Below, piece after piece: positions 20,677-39,067 of a DNA stretch of 64,000 bases. Source of the stretch: Escherichia coli O157:H7 (lineage in GTDB: Bacteria; Pseudomonadota; Gammaproteobacteria; Enterobacterales; Enterobacteriaceae); assembly GCA_013403045.1 (NCBI GenBank), contig GCA_013403045.1_3037.1. One strand, given 5' to 3'. The notes under the pieces are model-generated. The model saw nothing but the letters and a program-made list of their open reading frames with translations, was not told the origin of the DNA and did not search any database. The position numbers and the translations under genes are program-made. Each line of letters begins with the position of its first letter. Position 1 is the first letter of the stretch.

Positions 20677-22242
20677 TTAGATACCTTTAACATATACACG
20701 GCGGAAGTAAGCGTTCTTACCAAGGCTGTTCAGGATAGAAGGCATACCGCTCTGAATGCGAGAAGCCGGAGCCTGAGCAGCGGATTCTGCAAATGGGTTG
20801 ATACCGATACCGTAACGAGTTTTGAATCCCATTACTGGTTGGAAGTTCTTCGGATCAGAACCACGCAGTGGAGTCAGAGCTACATATGGAGCGTAGTAAA
20901 TACCAGCATCCATTTCGTTCGGACCTTTATAACCTACAGTGAAATAATCCTGTTTAGCATACTGGTCGATATATACACGGTATTTACCACCCAGAACACC
21001 AGCAAATACTGACTTGGTAGTATCAGTGTTAAAGCCAGTTGCCAGACCCTGTGCAGCATAAGAAATGCCGGTATCAACTGAAGCCAGAACGTTAACTACG
21101 TTACGGGAAGCGATAATGAAGTTACCTTCACCACGACCGGTCTGACGAGCGATTTCAACTGCTTCTTTATCAATCTGGAACAACAGAGCTTTAAAGGATT
21201 CACCAGCCCAGCGAGCACCACGAATATCGATTGGGTCCTGGAAGTCAAATACACCAGCTTTAGAACCCGGAGTCAGGGTCATACCAGATTTACCAACCTG
21301 TGCTGAGTAGTTAATCCAATCAACAACTTCACGGTTGATTTCCAGCATAATTTCGGTAGCCAGAATACCAGACAGTTCAGCATCAGCATCCATACCATGA
21401 ACAGCGCGGAGGTCTTGTGCTAATTCGATAGAGTAAGCAGCTTTCAGCTGGCGAGATTTAGCTTCGATAACTTGTTTATCGATACGGAAGCCCATTTCAT
21501 TCCATGGGTTATCGGTAGAACCATTGAAACCTTCCTGAAGTTCAGCGATAGAAGTAGCCATACCTTCAGCGATTTCTACCAGTACACCAGCTTCCATTTG
21601 TTTCTTGATTTCAGCATCTAATTTAGCTGCATCATTTGCACTAGTATCAATTTGCTTAACTTCTGTAGCTTGCAGATACACAGTACCAGTGTCCTGGAAG
21701 AAGTGAGTGTAAATAGTTCCGACTTCAAGAGTATCACTTGCTTTCAAAGCAGCGAATTTCTTAGCAGCACCCTGACCAGAGAACATTGCATCTGGACCAT
21801 ACATTGGGTGGAATGCTTCTTTAGCGCCGGAAGCGATTGGATCTTTACCATATACTGCGCGCAGCGCGAATACCTGGCCAGTCGGGCTGTTCATTGGCTG
21901 AACACCGCAAATATCGAAAGCAATCAGGTTAGGAATGGCACGACGTACCATACCCATAACAGCTGGGCCAATCTGAGTTACTGCGCCAGAAGTCTGACCT
22001 GCAGCGATGTTGGTAGCATTGTAACCGTGGTCACCACCGATTTCAGCTTCTGTTAAGAAAGAACCGAATGCCTGAGCAATTTTTTCGTCTTTATATTCCG
22101 GAGCTGTCTGGAAATCTTTTTCCTGGTTTTCAAAGATTTTAGCGATAATCGCTTGTTTGCTATTAGCAATTTCCGGTAAACCTTCACCTTCCAGTAATGG
22201 CTTCCATTTGTTCAAAAGTTCAGCTTTAGTTTTGATAGTCAT
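20677..22242 (-). CDS. 23: major capsid protein gp23
   Basis: 521 aa as in T4 gp23; locally GC-richer sequence with host-like codon usage typical of a highly expressed gene. Confidence 0.95.
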   Translation of the reverse strand: MTIKTKAELLNKWKPLLEGEGLPEIANSKQAIIAKIFENQEKDFQTAPEYKDEKIAQAFGSFLTEAEIGGDHGYNATNIAAGQTSGAVTQIGPAVMGMVRRAIPNLIAFDICGVQPMNSPTGQVFALRAVYGKDPIASGAKEAFHPMYGPDAMFSGQGAAKKFAALKASDTLEVGTIYTHFFQDTGTVYLQATEVKQIDTSANDAAKLDAEIKKQMEAGVLVEIAEGMATSIAELQEGFNGSTDNPWNEMGFRIDKQVIEAKSRQLKAAYSIELAQDLRAVHGMDADAELSGILATEIMLEINREVVDWINYSAQVGKSGMTLTPGSKAGVFDFQDPIDIRGARWAGESFKALLFQIDKEAVEIARQTGRGEGNFIIASRNVVNVLASVDTGISYAAQGLATGFNTDTTKSVFAGVLGGKYRVYIDQYAKQDYFTVGYKGPNEMDAGIYYAPYVALTPLRGSDPKNFQPVMGFKTRYGIGINPFAESAAQAPASRIQSGMPSILNSLGKNAYFRRVYVKGI

Positions 22243-22260
22243 TTGTGTTAACCTTTAAAA

Positions 22261-23070
22261 TTAGAAACGAGATGCGACTTTCGCATATACACTTACAATA
22301 TCTTCTGCACCTTGTGCAGATTTATCTTCTACAGCTTCAGTGACGAAATTCAGTCCGGCTGCTTCAGTATCAGGAGTATTTATACTCTCAGTAATAGTGC
22401 TTTCATCTTTATTAGATTTCTTCACCATTTCTACTATGGCACTCAATTTGCTTGAGAATGCATCTGAATAATCAATACCTTCGACCAGAGCAGAGACTTT
22501 TTCTTTTTGAGACTCAGTCAGATCTTTAGTACTTTCGCTCAATGCCACTTCACGCTGCACATAATTGATATATGCGTCACGCTTATTGAGTTCTTCGAAC
22601 AGACGAGCTGATTCTTCTTTATGTTCTTGCAGTTCTTCTTCCATTTCAGCTACAACATCAACTGATTCTTCTGGAACAACAACGTTGTGTTCAACGAAGA
22701 GCTCTTTCAATCCACCAAGCATGGATTCAAACAGTTCGGCTTTGATACCTTTATCTACTGCTAATTTATTTTCAGTGAGCCATTCTTTTGCAAGATGGTC
22801 AAGGAATTTAGAAGCTTGCTCAGCGATTTTCTTCTCAGCTTTTTCTTCTGCTTCTTCTTTATTTTTTTCTACTTCTTCTTCTGCTTTTTCAGCAATTTTA
22901 GCGATATGAGATTCAGCTAATTTAACGGCGTGCTGCTTGACGGTAGCTTCGAATACAGTGCCGAAAGTTTCTTTTGCTTCCGGAGAAATATTAACTGATT
23001 CGAAAATACTATCAAGAGCAACGGAAGCATCAATTTTCTGCGCTTCGGCAATCAGTTGTTCTTTAAGCAT
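22261..23070 (-). CDS. 22: prohead core scaffold gp22
   Basis: 269 aa as in T4; acidic coiled-coil composition. Confidence 0.9.
   Translation of the reverse strand: MLKEQLIAEAQKIDASVALDSIFESVNISPEAKETFGTVFEATVKQHAVKLAESHIAKIAEKAEEEVEKNKEEAEEKAEKKIAEQASKFLDHLAKEWLTENKLAVDKGIKAELFESMLGGLKELFVEHNVVVPEESVDVVAEMEEELQEHKEESARLFEELNKRDAYINYVQREVALSESTKDLTESQKEKVSALVEGIDYSDAFSSKLSAIVEMVKKSNKDESTITESINTPDTEAAGLNFVTEAVEDKSAQGAEDIVSVYAKVASRF
22377..22384 (-). promoter_or_regulatory. candidate late promoter (minus-strand TATAAATA) inside the 3' end of gene 22, upstream of gene 23
   Basis: plus-strand TATTTATA about 135 nt upstream of the gene 23 start. Confidence 0.35.
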
Positions 23071-23100
23071 TTTGTAGTCCTGTTGTTTAGATAATAATAT

Positions 23101-23739
23101 TTATAACGCTTTTTTCATGGCCTCTGCGAGAGCCATATAGGCGTCATCGGCACTTGTATCGGCTTCCGCCGTCTGTGATTCTGTAATTTCCTTAGGAGTT
23201 ACCCATGCATCTGGAGCACTTGGACCCCATACTGCATCAACACCTACAGTTAATTTGAATCCTTCGTTTACGATACGATAACCTTTATTTGTGTCAGTCA
23301 ATGAACCTAATCCACGAGAAGAAACTCCTGGAATCCATCCGGCACGAATATTAGCTGCTAATTTATCTCCAGGACCATGGTCACCTTCAATAACACGAGC
23401 TCGTCCGTATACGTCATTTCCTTTCCACCACATATCTTCTATAATGATAGCGGCTTGCATCGGGTCAACATTAGCGCGTGGAGGATGATTTAATTCTCCG
23501 AGAGCTTGTTTAGTTAAAACTTGCTCATTAATATAGTCTTTTACCGCTTTTTCTAATATACGTTTTGGATAAAGACGTTTATTTCTATTGACGACTTCTG
23601 CTTGCATGAATATTCCTTCGATGTATAAACCAGGTTTTAAACCTAAGTCTTTCCCATCATGGGATTCAAGCATTGGCACACCATCAATAATTTCGCCAGG
23701 TTGACCCCAAGTTTCAATTAGCAATTGGGGTTCATTCAT
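23101..23739 (-). CDS. 21: prohead protease gp21
   Basis: 212 aa as in T4; synteny. Confidence 0.9.
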   Translation of the reverse strand: MNEPQLLIETWGQPGEIIDGVPMLESHDGKDLGLKPGLYIEGIFMQAEVVNRNKRLYPKRILEKAVKDYINEQVLTKQALGELNHPPRANVDPMQAAIIIEDMWWKGNDVYGRARVIEGDHGPGDKLAANIRAGWIPGVSSRGLGSLTDTNKGYRIVNEGFKLTVGVDAVWGPSAPDAWVTPKEITESQTAEADTSADDAYMALAEAMKKAL

Positions 23740-24164
23740 TAGCTTAATCCTAATGCTTTACGGCGTTTAAGAGCTTTTTTACGCTTACGCTGAGCACGAG
23801 ATTGACCTGCTGGATTGGCAATCTTCGTTTTGGTAGCTTTACGAGCAATTTGTCTACGTTTTGCTTTAGACAACCCGGTAGTTTGAAATGCATTACGTTC
23901 GCGGGTTTTGCGATCTTTAGTGCGAGTAATTTCACCACGGGCAGAAACATGTTTAACGATAAATTCATTTAACGGCATATTTTCATTAATAGAAGCTAAT
24001 GCAACCGCTAAATCAGTTTCATCATCAAGCATATTCTCGATAATTTTATTTATATCGTCTTTATTTAAAGCAGAAGACAACTCGTCAAAGCGACCCTGTG
24101 CTTCAGGAATAAGTGCTTCGACATTCTCGAGAACTAATTCATGAGTTTCAGGGATTAGAATCAT
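23739..24164 (-). CDS. 68: prohead core protein gp68
   Basis: 141 aa as in T4. Confidence 0.8.
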   Translation of the reverse strand: MILIPETHELVLENVEALIPEAQGRFDELSSALNKDDINKIIENMLDDETDLAVALASINENMPLNEFIVKHVSARGEITRTKDRKTRERNAFQTTGLSKAKRRQIARKATKTKIANPAGQSRAQRKRKKALKRRKALGLS

Positions 24165-24399
24165 TATTCATCATCCTCGTCTTCATCAGAGTCTTTGTCT
24201 TTTTTGTCGTCTTTATCATCATCGCTATCTTCGTCGTCATCCTCGTCATCAGGTTCTTCACCCTCGATTAAGAAATTACGAGCGATAGTGATTTTTTCTT
24301 CTTTGATTAAATCAGTCGTTCTTGCAGCCATGGCTTCAGCAAATAATTTACGAGCGGCTACGAGGTCGTTTGATTTAATAGCTTCAATTAAACCTTCCA

Positions 24400-24400
<1 letters not shown>
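24164..24400 (-). CDS. 67: prohead core protein gp67
   Basis: 78 aa, acidic C-terminus (T4 about 80 aa). Confidence 0.8.
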
Positions 24401-26025
<1,625 letters not shown>

Positions 26026-26034
26026 TTAAGCAGG

Positions 26035-26052
26035 ATGGGGATTTCTCCCCAT
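26035..26052 (-). terminator. hairpin after gene 19
   Basis: atgggga-tttc-tccccat. Confidence 0.5.
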
Positions 26053-26057
26053 TCATT

Positions 26058-26549
26058 TTATTCCCAATAATCGAGAGCAAGAGTTACTTCAAATGTTTGG
26101 ATTTCATTGTTTGAATCCCAATCTAATTGAAGTTCACCCACGTTAGTAGGCCATAGACCTTTAATTTCAATTTCTTTTGTTACTGTTTTAGCATCACGAG
26201 CATATTGACGAACAATAGCGCTCTTTTTATACTCTGCAGGTTTTCCACCAGTAATTTCGTTTCCTTGACCAGCAGCAATGCTTTGCCAATCAACAAACTT
26301 CTGACGAGCATCATGAGCTTCATCATTCATCACTGTAACAGTCCAATCATCGAATGTACGGTCTCCTGCTACATTAATTTTACGGTTCATAAATCCGACT
26401 GGAATTTTTTCTACAATACCAGCTGGTAAAGCAGTAGCTTTACATTGGAACGTAAAATTTTGGCCAAGATAAGAAATCTCTACTTGGAATAAGTTAGGTC
26501 GCGCAAAATCACCAGATTCAAACGCTCGTGTTACATCATCTACAAACAT
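26058..26549 (-). CDS. 19: tail tube protein gp19
   Basis: 163 aa as in T4. Confidence 0.9.
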   Translation of the reverse strand: MFVDDVTRAFESGDFARPNLFQVEISYLGQNFTFQCKATALPAGIVEKIPVGFMNRKINVAGDRTFDDWTVTVMNDEAHDARQKFVDWQSIAAGQGNEITGGKPAEYKKSAIVRQYARDAKTVTKEIEIKGLWPTNVGELQLDWDSNNEIQTFEVTLALDYWE

Positions 26550-26622
26550 ATTAGCCTCTGTAGTATTTATATCCCTATGTTTAACCTAGGGCATATAGAA
26601 TTAAAGAATTAAGGATATAGTG

Positions 26623-26630
26623 TATTTATA
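26623..26630 (-). promoter_or_regulatory. late promoter for gene 19
   Basis: minus-strand TATAAATA between genes 18 and 19. Confidence 0.5.
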
Positions 26631-26631
26631 T

Positions 26632-26649
26632 GGCCTGTCGAAACAGGCC
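26632..26649 (-). terminator. hairpin after gene 18
   Basis: ggcctgt-cgaaa-acaggcc. Confidence 0.5.
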
Positions 26650-26665
26650 TTTAGAATGCACCGTA

Positions 26666-28645
26666 TTAACCAGCAAGACCAGTTAACTCATCGAAATCTG
26701 CACCAGTAGCAGTCGCAACGAAGTTAAGCTGGATATAATTTATACTGCGCGCCGGTTGGATGTAGAATGTTGCAACAAATTCATTTCTATCAATTACTGA
26801 CGGAGTGTTATTTGTTGTATCGCAAACTACACGATATTCATAAATTCCGCCAAGAGCTTTAATTCCTTGCAAGTACTGAGCAGTTTCTGTACGGAATGAA
26901 GAACGAGTAAACGCGTTGTTTAATTCGAACAAACGATATTTTGAACTACGTCCGATATTCGTTTTCAACATATTAAACAGACGACGAACGTTAATACGAT
27001 CAAATGGAGAAGGAACAGAAGTAGCTGTTTTATCACCATACAATACGTAACCATCACCACCTGTACCAGTTACTGGGTTGATAGCTTCTTGATATAAGCG
27101 GTCACGTTGTGCCTGGCGAGTTTCAATAGCAAGTTTAATAACGTTAAGAATCTGGCCACGATTATAACCAGCTGGTGACATCCAAGTCTGAGATACGTTA
27201 TCAGTTCTTGCGCATAAACCAGCAATATCAGCTGCTAATGGAACCCAACGATTCACATCATTATATTTGTCATACTGATATTTGTAGTTACCATCAATTG
27301 CTGCGTAGGTTGAACTAATATTAAAGTTATTATCAGTATATGAACCTGCGGCAGTTCTCCAATTGACTAAGTTGTCAACAGCACGGGTTACAGGAATTCC
27401 AACTACAGTTTCACGCGGTGGTGAGCACAATACTAAGCAATCCTGGCGAGCATCACCAATTGAAACGACGTGTTTTTGGACAGTAGATGCTGTTTCCAAA
27501 GATTCACCGGCACAAGAACCCGCAATAAACAGTTGAACATCAACGGATTCACGGTCAGCAAAGAAGTCCCAAGCTTCCATCAAATCTCCTGCTGTTACTT
27601 CAGCATTTGATGATAATCCACCAGAAAGAGTTAAAATTCCAGAGAATCCTTCTGGCCAGTTTTGTGCAGTTGCAAAAATATATTCTGAACCACCTTTTGC
27701 GAAAAAGTCATCGATATAGATGTTACTATCGTAAATATCTTTTTCACCACGCTTAGTTGAAAGAACAACGCTTTGAACAATAGCATCATTTCGACGAACT
27801 ATAATAGCGTACTGTGAGTCAGTCTGCGGCCCATATCCAAATACTGCCTTGGCAGTAGATGCACGAGTACCACCACCTGGATAAATTGGCAGTAATGCAG
27901 AAGCGCCTTTCGCATAGTCAGCTTTAGATACGATTTCAATTTCAATTTTATCGCCTAATTCGCCTGGATAGAGAGCTACTACTCCTGGAATTCCATATTT
28001 TTCAAGATTTGCCTGAAAATCAACTGCTGTCATAGCAGTTTCAGCGCTCTCGATTTCAGCTAATAAAATACCGGAATCAGTAATAATTTTTCCAAGAGTT
28101 ATTACTGCAGCTAAACCGGAAGAAGATGAAGAAATTTCTGCAGTCCAGTTAGAACCTAATGTTGGGTATTCGCCAACTTCTTTAGCTTTAGCAATAATTT
28201 TTGCAGTAGGAATATTAATTTTCTTAATTTTTCCATCTGCGTCTACTTCGGTAATTTTACCTTCAGTTTCAATATCATCTGAAACATATTTGACCGTGAT
28301 TTTATCTCCAACTGCATAGTTACTACCCGGGGTAGAAATTGTGTATTCAATATTACCAGCAATTGGCGATGAGTTTTTAGCGGTATCTCTATCAACAGCA
28401 CGAACTACTCGTAAGTCATTTCCGTACTGCAAGAAATTCATCGCAGACATAAAATAGTCAGCAGTTTCAGCGGTTGGTTGACCAAAAGTATTAACTAAAT
28501 CTACTTCATTTGTAACCTGTTTAATCTGAAAAGCAGGACCCCACTGGAATTTACCGGCCAAAGCTGCTGTACCAGTAGAGTTATTAACCACGGTGCTTTG
28601 AACCGTAGTTTCTTTGAGCTCAATGCCCGGAGATAATAAAGTCAT
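26666..28645 (-). CDS. 18: tail sheath protein gp18
   Basis: 659 aa as in T4. Confidence 0.95.
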   Translation of the reverse strand: MTLLSPGIELKETTVQSTVVNNSTGTAALAGKFQWGPAFQIKQVTNEVDLVNTFGQPTAETADYFMSAMNFLQYGNDLRVVRAVDRDTAKNSSPIAGNIEYTISTPGSNYAVGDKITVKYVSDDIETEGKITEVDADGKIKKINIPTAKIIAKAKEVGEYPTLGSNWTAEISSSSSGLAAVITLGKIITDSGILLAEIESAETAMTAVDFQANLEKYGIPGVVALYPGELGDKIEIEIVSKADYAKGASALLPIYPGGGTRASTAKAVFGYGPQTDSQYAIIVRRNDAIVQSVVLSTKRGEKDIYDSNIYIDDFFAKGGSEYIFATAQNWPEGFSGILTLSGGLSSNAEVTAGDLMEAWDFFADRESVDVQLFIAGSCAGESLETASTVQKHVVSIGDARQDCLVLCSPPRETVVGIPVTRAVDNLVNWRTAAGSYTDNNFNISSTYAAIDGNYKYQYDKYNDVNRWVPLAADIAGLCARTDNVSQTWMSPAGYNRGQILNVIKLAIETRQAQRDRLYQEAINPVTGTGGDGYVLYGDKTATSVPSPFDRINVRRLFNMLKTNIGRSSKYRLFELNNAFTRSSFRTETAQYLQGIKALGGIYEYRVVCDTTNNTPSVIDRNEFVATFYIQPARSINYIQLNFVATATGADFDELTGLAG

Positions 28646-28673
28646 TTTTAATCCTCTTTAATATGCTTTAATA

Positions 28674-31814
<3,141 letters not shown>

Positions 31815-31855
31815 GATTTCTCCTAATCTGGGCTTTAATTAGTTTATAATATTTA

Positions 31856-33557
<1,702 letters not shown>

Positions 33558-33569
33558 TTAAAATCCTTT

Positions 33570-33585
33570 GGGGCCTTGCGGCCCC
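33570..33585 (-). terminator. hairpin after wac
   Basis: ggggcc-ttgc-ggcccc. Confidence 0.5.
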
Positions 33586-33588
33586 ATG

Positions 33589-35046
33589 TTATGCTGGTGA
33601 TAAAAAGGTAGAAAGTAATACCCATTCGCCGTCTTTACGAACGTAAGCTTGACCATCTTTTGGAGCTTCAGGAATATAACCAGCTTCTTGTAAAGTCTGG
33701 ACATCCCTCTGCAATGAGGACACATTACCTTTAATACTACGAATCTCTTGATTAATTGAAGAAATGTTAGTCTCATTAGCTTTTATTGAATTAGTCAATC
33801 CGCGTTCTTCGACAGTTGAACCATTCGGATTTGTTCCATTTACTAATTTATTTAGTGTTACAACTTGCCCTTTAATTCCGGAATTGTTATTACCAATTTC
33901 AACCTGTAAGTTTTGAACATCATTGTTAAGTCTATTAACAGAGGTTTCAACAGTTGAAACTCTATTTAAAAGAGACCCCGGAGGAGAAGGTTGACCTCCG
34001 CTAGAATCAGTTCCAACTATCTGATTTAGCCATGAAACGTTAGCTCTTAAACCGGACGAGGTGTTTTCACCTACAATTCCATTTAAAGATTCAATAGAAG
34101 TGGTATTATCTTTAATTTGACCTTTAATACTAGAAGGAATATCATCTGAACCAATCGATGTTTCAATAACAGTTAATCGCTGTTTAACGCCGCCACTTTT
34201 ATTTAGTTCATCATTTAAAGCTGAAATTTCTTGACTGTTGACATTGACATCTGTGATTATTGAAGTATTTCCTGGATATCCAATAGAAGTTTTGATAGAT
34301 TTAATTTCGGAACTAAGATTAATTTGAGATTGATCTAAATTATGCACACGTGAATATATGCTTTCACTAAATGAAGATGGTCTTTGTCCAAGTTCTTGTC
34401 TAAGATTTCCGACTTCAATTGTCAGTGAACCTACATCAGATTCAATAAATTTTTCTTCCAAATCACTTAGACGTATTCCTTGGGAAGTTATAGCATCTGT
34501 ATTATTAATGATACGGTGCTTCATACCCGTGCTGCTATTTCCTACAACAGGAAGACCGTTAATGTCTTGCCCAGCATATTGTCCTAATTCCCTTTTAATC
34601 CATAACAAATCATTTCTAATCGTTCTATAAACTGAATTTGCTTGCGAATTAAATGGACCAATGTCAGCAAGAATGCTATCGACAGTATTATTAGTTCCAT
34701 TTAATATTTCGGTATGTTCACTCGTAAGCGTTTTAAGATCAGTGATATCCTTTTTATTGATACTTATTTGCGATAAAGCTTCTATATCACCAGATACATC
34801 TAAGATACCCTGAATGGTTTTAATATCTTCCTGGGATGTTTCTAATGCTGTTTTAAGAATTCCTATATTTTCGTCAAGAACCTCAACATTTTTAAACACG
34901 GAAACAGTTGGTCTATTCATTGATCCATCGTTTCCATACTTAGTACTAGCTCCTAATATTTCTTCACCATTTTTAATCCATGAAATACGCTCCTGACCTT
35001 CGCCAGGAACGCTATCAACAAAAGGTAACTCTTTTAATTCAATCAT
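33589..35046 (-). CDS. wac: fibritin (whisker) Wac
   Basis: 485 aa (T4 about 487 aa); coiled-coil heptads; C-terminal foldon-like [27 protein letters not shown]. Confidence 0.9.
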   Translation of the reverse strand: MIELKELPFVDSVPGEGQERISWIKNGEEILGASTKYGNDGSMNRPTVSVFKNVEVLDENIGILKTALETSQEDIKTIQGILDVSGDIEALSQISINKKDITDLKTLTSEHTEILNGTNNTVDSILADIGPFNSQANSVYRTIRNDLLWIKRELGQYAGQDINGLPVVGNSSTGMKHRIINNTDAITSQGIRLSDLEEKFIESDVGSLTIEVGNLRQELGQRPSSFSESIYSRVHNLDQSQINLSSEIKSIKTSIGYPGNTSIITDVNVNSQEISALNDELNKSGGVKQRLTVIETSIGSDDIPSSIKGQIKDNTTSIESLNGIVGENTSSGLRANVSWLNQIVGTDSSGGQPSPPGSLLNRVSTVETSVNRLNNDVQNLQVEIGNNNSGIKGQVVTLNKLVNGTNPNGSTVEERGLTNSIKANETNISSINQEIRSIKGNVSSLQRDVQTLQEAGYIPEAPKDGQAYVRKDGEWVLLSTFLSPA

Positions 35047-35055
35047 TTGTAATCC

Positions 35056-36606
35056 TTAGTAATGAATTTTAATAATATAGTTTAATGATATATTCCATGG
35101 TCTAGTTTCATAACCAATTAATCCTTCACGATTAAGTGTACCAAGGGCATCTCTCGGTCCACCCAATTCAAATCCATCATTAGTGAAGTATGAAGCATTA
35201 TCCCAGTCGGAATATTTTCTAGTTCCAAGATATCCTTGATAAACGGACGCGCCAAATGGACCTTCACTTCTGTTATATTCCCCCCAACCACCAGCGTGTT
35301 TATGGTATGACATTTGTTGTGCTTGAACGCCACCAACATGCATTCCGTCACATCCTACACCAAGTCTATCCTTCCCATAACCATCTTGTCCACGTTGATT
35401 TAAAATATGACCGCCCGTGCCAGCTCCTCTAACAAAAAGACCTCTCATATCAGGAATGCCAGGGTTATTCCAATCACCACCAAATCTTGTTCCAACTGTG
35501 TTTCTATAATCAGGATATTGATCTCCTGACACTGTTCCACCGTGGCACATAATCCAACCCGGAGGTGCTGAATCACCCGCAAACATCATAATAGTTCCAA
35601 CTGGAACTCTTTCGGACGCATATCTTTCAGTGGCAACAGGTTGATCGCCATTTTTCCACATTCCGCCGCGCGACCAAATTCCGTTTGCTGTAAGATGGTC
35701 TAAATTTAAAGAACCATTAATAGTTTGTCCACCGCGAGTATTAATTACATCTGCGTTCCATGCTAATGCTCCAGAGCTATCACCTTCGGGGGCAATACCG
35801 GCCTGCGTCGTTAATTTGACGACTCCACGCATAGAACCAGTAGCTCCTCGACCATTTAGTGTTTCACCTGTTACTGCAACATCTCCTAAATTACTGTTAA
35901 TTTCCGATTGTGTTCCTAAACGTATAACACCCTTATATTCTTGTGTTGCAACAGAATTCATAAAGGTATATGGAGAAATTGCATATCCTTCGCGGAGAGT
36001 TCCTTGACGAGTTTGCGCAACAGTAGATAATTGAACTACACCTCTCACAGATTCTGATGCAGTATCTTCGGAAGGAGCTATTTGCGAAATTAATTTTATT
36101 GCAAGTTTTTGTGTTTTTAGCGGAGTCATTGCCGTAGTATCATCTACTCCAGCTAAAGCTGCAGGTGTAGATGATATTTTAATAACCCCGTTTGATGACT
36201 CAGACGAATATCTATTTTGGAACACATCGTCAGTATGGTATTTCAGTTTTTGCGGCGTTATTGATGAATTATTATCTGAGCCTTCTAATGTTTCTTCATT
36301 TGTTGAATAGCGCGTTAAACCATACTTAGTTTCAGTAGCATTTGGATACAATAATCTTGTTGCTAATGTAGCTGGTGTAACGATTTTAGAATTATTAGTT
36401 CCATCTAAAACCTCTTGCTCTGACGCAATCATTGCTATTCCTTTAACTTCCATAGTTGCATCAGGAATACCATTTACGCCGATATTACTTATTTTTGATA
36501 ATGCAGACTGCACTGTCGTGACAGTGTCAGGAAAATTCGATCCAGTAGGATCGAATTTAACATATTTTGATTCATTTGATACGTGCTGATATGTATTGTT
36601 ACTCAT
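35056..36606 (-). CDS. 12: short tail fiber gp12
   Basis: 516 aa (T4 about 527 aa); synteny. Confidence 0.9.
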   Translation of the reverse strand: MSNNTYQHVSNESKYVKFDPTGSNFPDTVTTVQSALSKISNIGVNGIPDATMEVKGIAMIASEQEVLDGTNNSKIVTPATLATRLLYPNATETKYGLTRYSTNEETLEGSDNNSSITPQKLKYHTDDVFQNRYSSESSNGVIKISSTPAALAGVDDTTAMTPLKTQKLAIKLISQIAPSEDTASESVRGVVQLSTVAQTRQGTLREGYAISPYTFMNSVATQEYKGVIRLGTQSEINSNLGDVAVTGETLNGRGATGSMRGVVKLTTQAGIAPEGDSSGALAWNADVINTRGGQTINGSLNLDHLTANGIWSRGGMWKNGDQPVATERYASERVPVGTIMMFAGDSAPPGWIMCHGGTVSGDQYPDYRNTVGTRFGGDWNNPGIPDMRGLFVRGAGTGGHILNQRGQDGYGKDRLGVGCDGMHVGGVQAQQMSYHKHAGGWGEYNRSEGPFGASVYQGYLGTRKYSDWDNASYFTNDGFELGGPRDALGTLNREGLIGYETRPWNISLNYIIKIHY

Positions 36607-37262
36607 GCTATTCTCTCAAAATAATAAAATACCGTAGGTTGTGTGTGACTATCTAGCGTAACAGTTTGCGCACCTAATAATTGCCAAGTTCCGTATCCGG
36701 GTTTAGAAGGAGAAATTATTTCTTGTTTGAAAGTAATTCCTTTATCAGAGTATTGTTCTAAGATATGTTCTTGGTTATCTAAATACTTAACTTGTATTTT
36801 ATTTCCTATGGTAGGATGGTCTTCAAATGAATCAATTGCAATAAATTTTGCAACCATTTCCTGCAGAGCTGTTCTAACGGCACTGGTAAATTCGATTGAA
36901 GTCATTCCATTAGTAGCTTTAACTGGAATACCAAACATGTTAACAATAACTGTGTCACCTGGTTTGGCTGAAGTATCATTGACAGTTCCTTCAAATGACC
37001 AGTAGTCTGTTTGTTGCACTCCAGTAGGAGATACGCCGCTTATATTAACTAATACAGCTCCAACCTGTTGCTCTGCCATATTTCTAACATCATTAATAGC
37101 AGATTCTACATTTGGGTCATAAAAACCTTTTGCTATTTGTGAAATTGTTACAGCACCTACTGGCTGATTATTCATAACCGAAATATCATTTTTCTTAGTT
37201 CTAAAACCAAGAAAATCTGCTAAGCGGGAAATAACTCCCGCTTTATTATTAAGTAAACTCAT
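36603..37262 (-). CDS. 11: baseplate wedge / short-tail-fiber attachment gp11
   Basis: ATG start (MSLLNNK) gives 219 aa as in T4; supplied ORF was extended to a TTG. Confidence 0.9.
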   Translation of the reverse strand: MSLLNNKAGVISRLADFLGFRTKKNDISVMNNQPVGAVTISQIAKGFYDPNVESAINDVRNMAEQQVGAVLVNISGVSPTGVQQTDYWSFEGTVNDTSAKPGDTVIVNMFGIPVKATNGMTSIEFTSAVRTALQEMVAKFIAIDSFEDHPTIGNKIQVKYLDNQEHILEQYSDKGITFKQEIISPSKPGYGTWQLLGAQTVTLDSHTQPTVFYYFERIA

Positions 37263-39067
37263 TATGCAATCCTTATCCAACGGTATACAGTAATAGACGG
37301 TTGAATATTACTAATATTAGCAGGAGGAGTATGTGAAGAGTTTGTTGTTGCGTAGTCTTCACGATATTTTGTATATATAGGACCAGTTTCATCTGGGTCA
37401 TATTGGCAACCTCCAATAATAACCGATCCATTTTCGTCTTCAATTAAAACTCTTTCGTCGGTTTTAGTTGCAGGAAGATTTGCGTTTTCAAGCGTTACTG
37501 ATGTTGTACCAACTGTTCCACCGGCGGTATGTGAAGGATTTCCGCTAGAATCTAAATCATTATTGTTTAATGCAAAGTTTGGATCTGTAACATCATCATT
37601 CCATCCTACTAAAACCTGCCCTTTACCAAATAATTTCCATGAACCAAATCCCATATAAGTCACCGGATTATTTGGGTTTATAGCATTTTCATAAATTGAA
37701 CCAACAGGATAAATGCTGTCGAAAATAGATGATATTGAATTATACGTTCTAGTATAAGAATCAACTTTTTCAACATTTGGCCAACCGATTTTATCAAAAT
37801 CTGTTAAGGCCACATCACCAGTAACTTCAGTAGATGATCCTTTACTAACATAACGGTCATCAGTCAATTCAATGATGTCATCTTTTTCTAAAAGAGTTCC
37901 TAAATCATTATTGAACCATGTTATAACGATAATGTCACCGGATTCAAATTTTCTATCAAATAAAAGACTGATAGGTTTTCCGTCTTCATACTCTATAGAA
38001 TAATCGGTGTTTGATTCTTTCCATTCGCCACCAAGAGATATACATCCTTCTTGCGTATCTGAATTAGCGCCTTCACACAAAAACAGAGGATATCCAGCTG
38101 TTCCAGCCTGCTGCTGCAAAATTCCATTAAAACGAACCTCAAGAGAGTTAGGATTAATGGGTTCACCAGGAATTAATCCAAATGCAGAAAATGGAATTGA
38201 TTTCATCGCTGATAAATCAGTAACATAAATGCTTCCTTCTAAAGAAGTCTTTGATGTTAGTTTTGAATCCAGTACTTTTATTTGGCGTCTTGTATATGAA
38301 CTTCTCCATTGTGATACACCATCCATAAATGTTTCAATTTGAACAGTGTCACCAATATTACAAGGCTGTCTTAATCGAATGTTAAATCCATCAAGAGGAA
38401 CTAATTCGCCTTCATTTTCTCCAGGAGAGCCAAAGTCACTGTTTTCGCTAAATACATCGCCGTAATACAATTCGTTACCACGATGTTTTACTCTGATGTT
38501 ATTGACATTATAACTAGTTCCATTAAAAACATCTAAAAAGTCTGTTTGCCCTTGAACTTCGACTAAAAATTCTTTACGAGCTACATTACTAATGTCTGAA
38601 CTGATAATTTTATCAATTTGCTTATTTTTGACATACTCCCAGCGTCCTGGAGCGCAATAAACGAGTTCTAAATCACTAAATTGAATATTAATTTCAACTG
38701 ACGATGACGACCCTTTAATTGTATCTCCAGAAGCAGCTACTAAAGTAACTGGATTGATGTTCCATGTAGCGAATACGTCTCTAGCTCTAATTACCTTGTT
38801 GTAATCATTAACAGTTCCTTTAGGAAGTTGTAGAGTTACTCTTCCAGACGAAGTATTAATGGCATATGATTTTCCCCATTCTGCCGTTAGTGTTTGTCCA
38901 GATGAAGCATTATAAGTTTTCCAGGCACCGGCTGAATATGGAACATCTCCATCACCAAGTTCATAATAAAGTTCATCAAAGTTTTCATTTATTTTTATAC
39001 CACCTTTACGCAGGTAGTCACCGGTACCATCATCAACAACATTACCGATATTAATATTTTGTTTCAT
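37262..39067 (-). CDS. 10: baseplate wedge gp10
   Basis: 601 aa (T4 about 602 aa). Confidence 0.9.
   Translation of the reverse strand: MKQNINIGNVVDDGTGDYLRKGGIKINENFDELYYELGDGDVPYSAGAWKTYNASSGQTLTAEWGKSYAINTSSGRVTLQLPKGTVNDYNKVIRARDVFATWNINPVTLVAASGDTIKGSSSSVEINIQFSDLELVYCAPGRWEYVKNKQIDKIISSDISNVARKEFLVEVQGQTDFLDVFNGTSYNVNNIRVKHRGNELYYGDVFSENSDFGSPGENEGELVPLDGFNIRLRQPCNIGDTVQIETFMDGVSQWRSSYTRRQIKVLDSKLTSKTSLEGSIYVTDLSAMKSIPFSAFGLIPGEPINPNSLEVRFNGILQQQAGTAGYPLFLCEGANSDTQEGCISLGGEWKESNTDYSIEYEDGKPISLLFDRKFESGDIIVITWFNNDLGTLLEKDDIIELTDDRYVSKGSSTEVTGDVALTDFDKIGWPNVEKVDSYTRTYNSISSIFDSIYPVGSIYENAINPNNPVTYMGFGSWKLFGKGQVLVGWNDDVTDPNFALNNNDLDSSGNPSHTAGGTVGTTSVTLENANLPATKTDERVLIEDENGSVIIGGCQYDPDETGPIYTKYREDYATTNSSHTPPANISNIQPSITVYRWIRIA

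Noticed and set aside
21652-22056. 134-aa plus-strand ORF inside gene 23
   Set aside because: Antisense to the major capsid gene; an artefact of the GC-richer composition there.
33558-33776. 72-aa minus-strand ORF spanning the gene 13 / wac junction
   Set aside because: Overlaps the wac 3' end in another frame and runs through the intergenic hairpin; wac accounts for the region.
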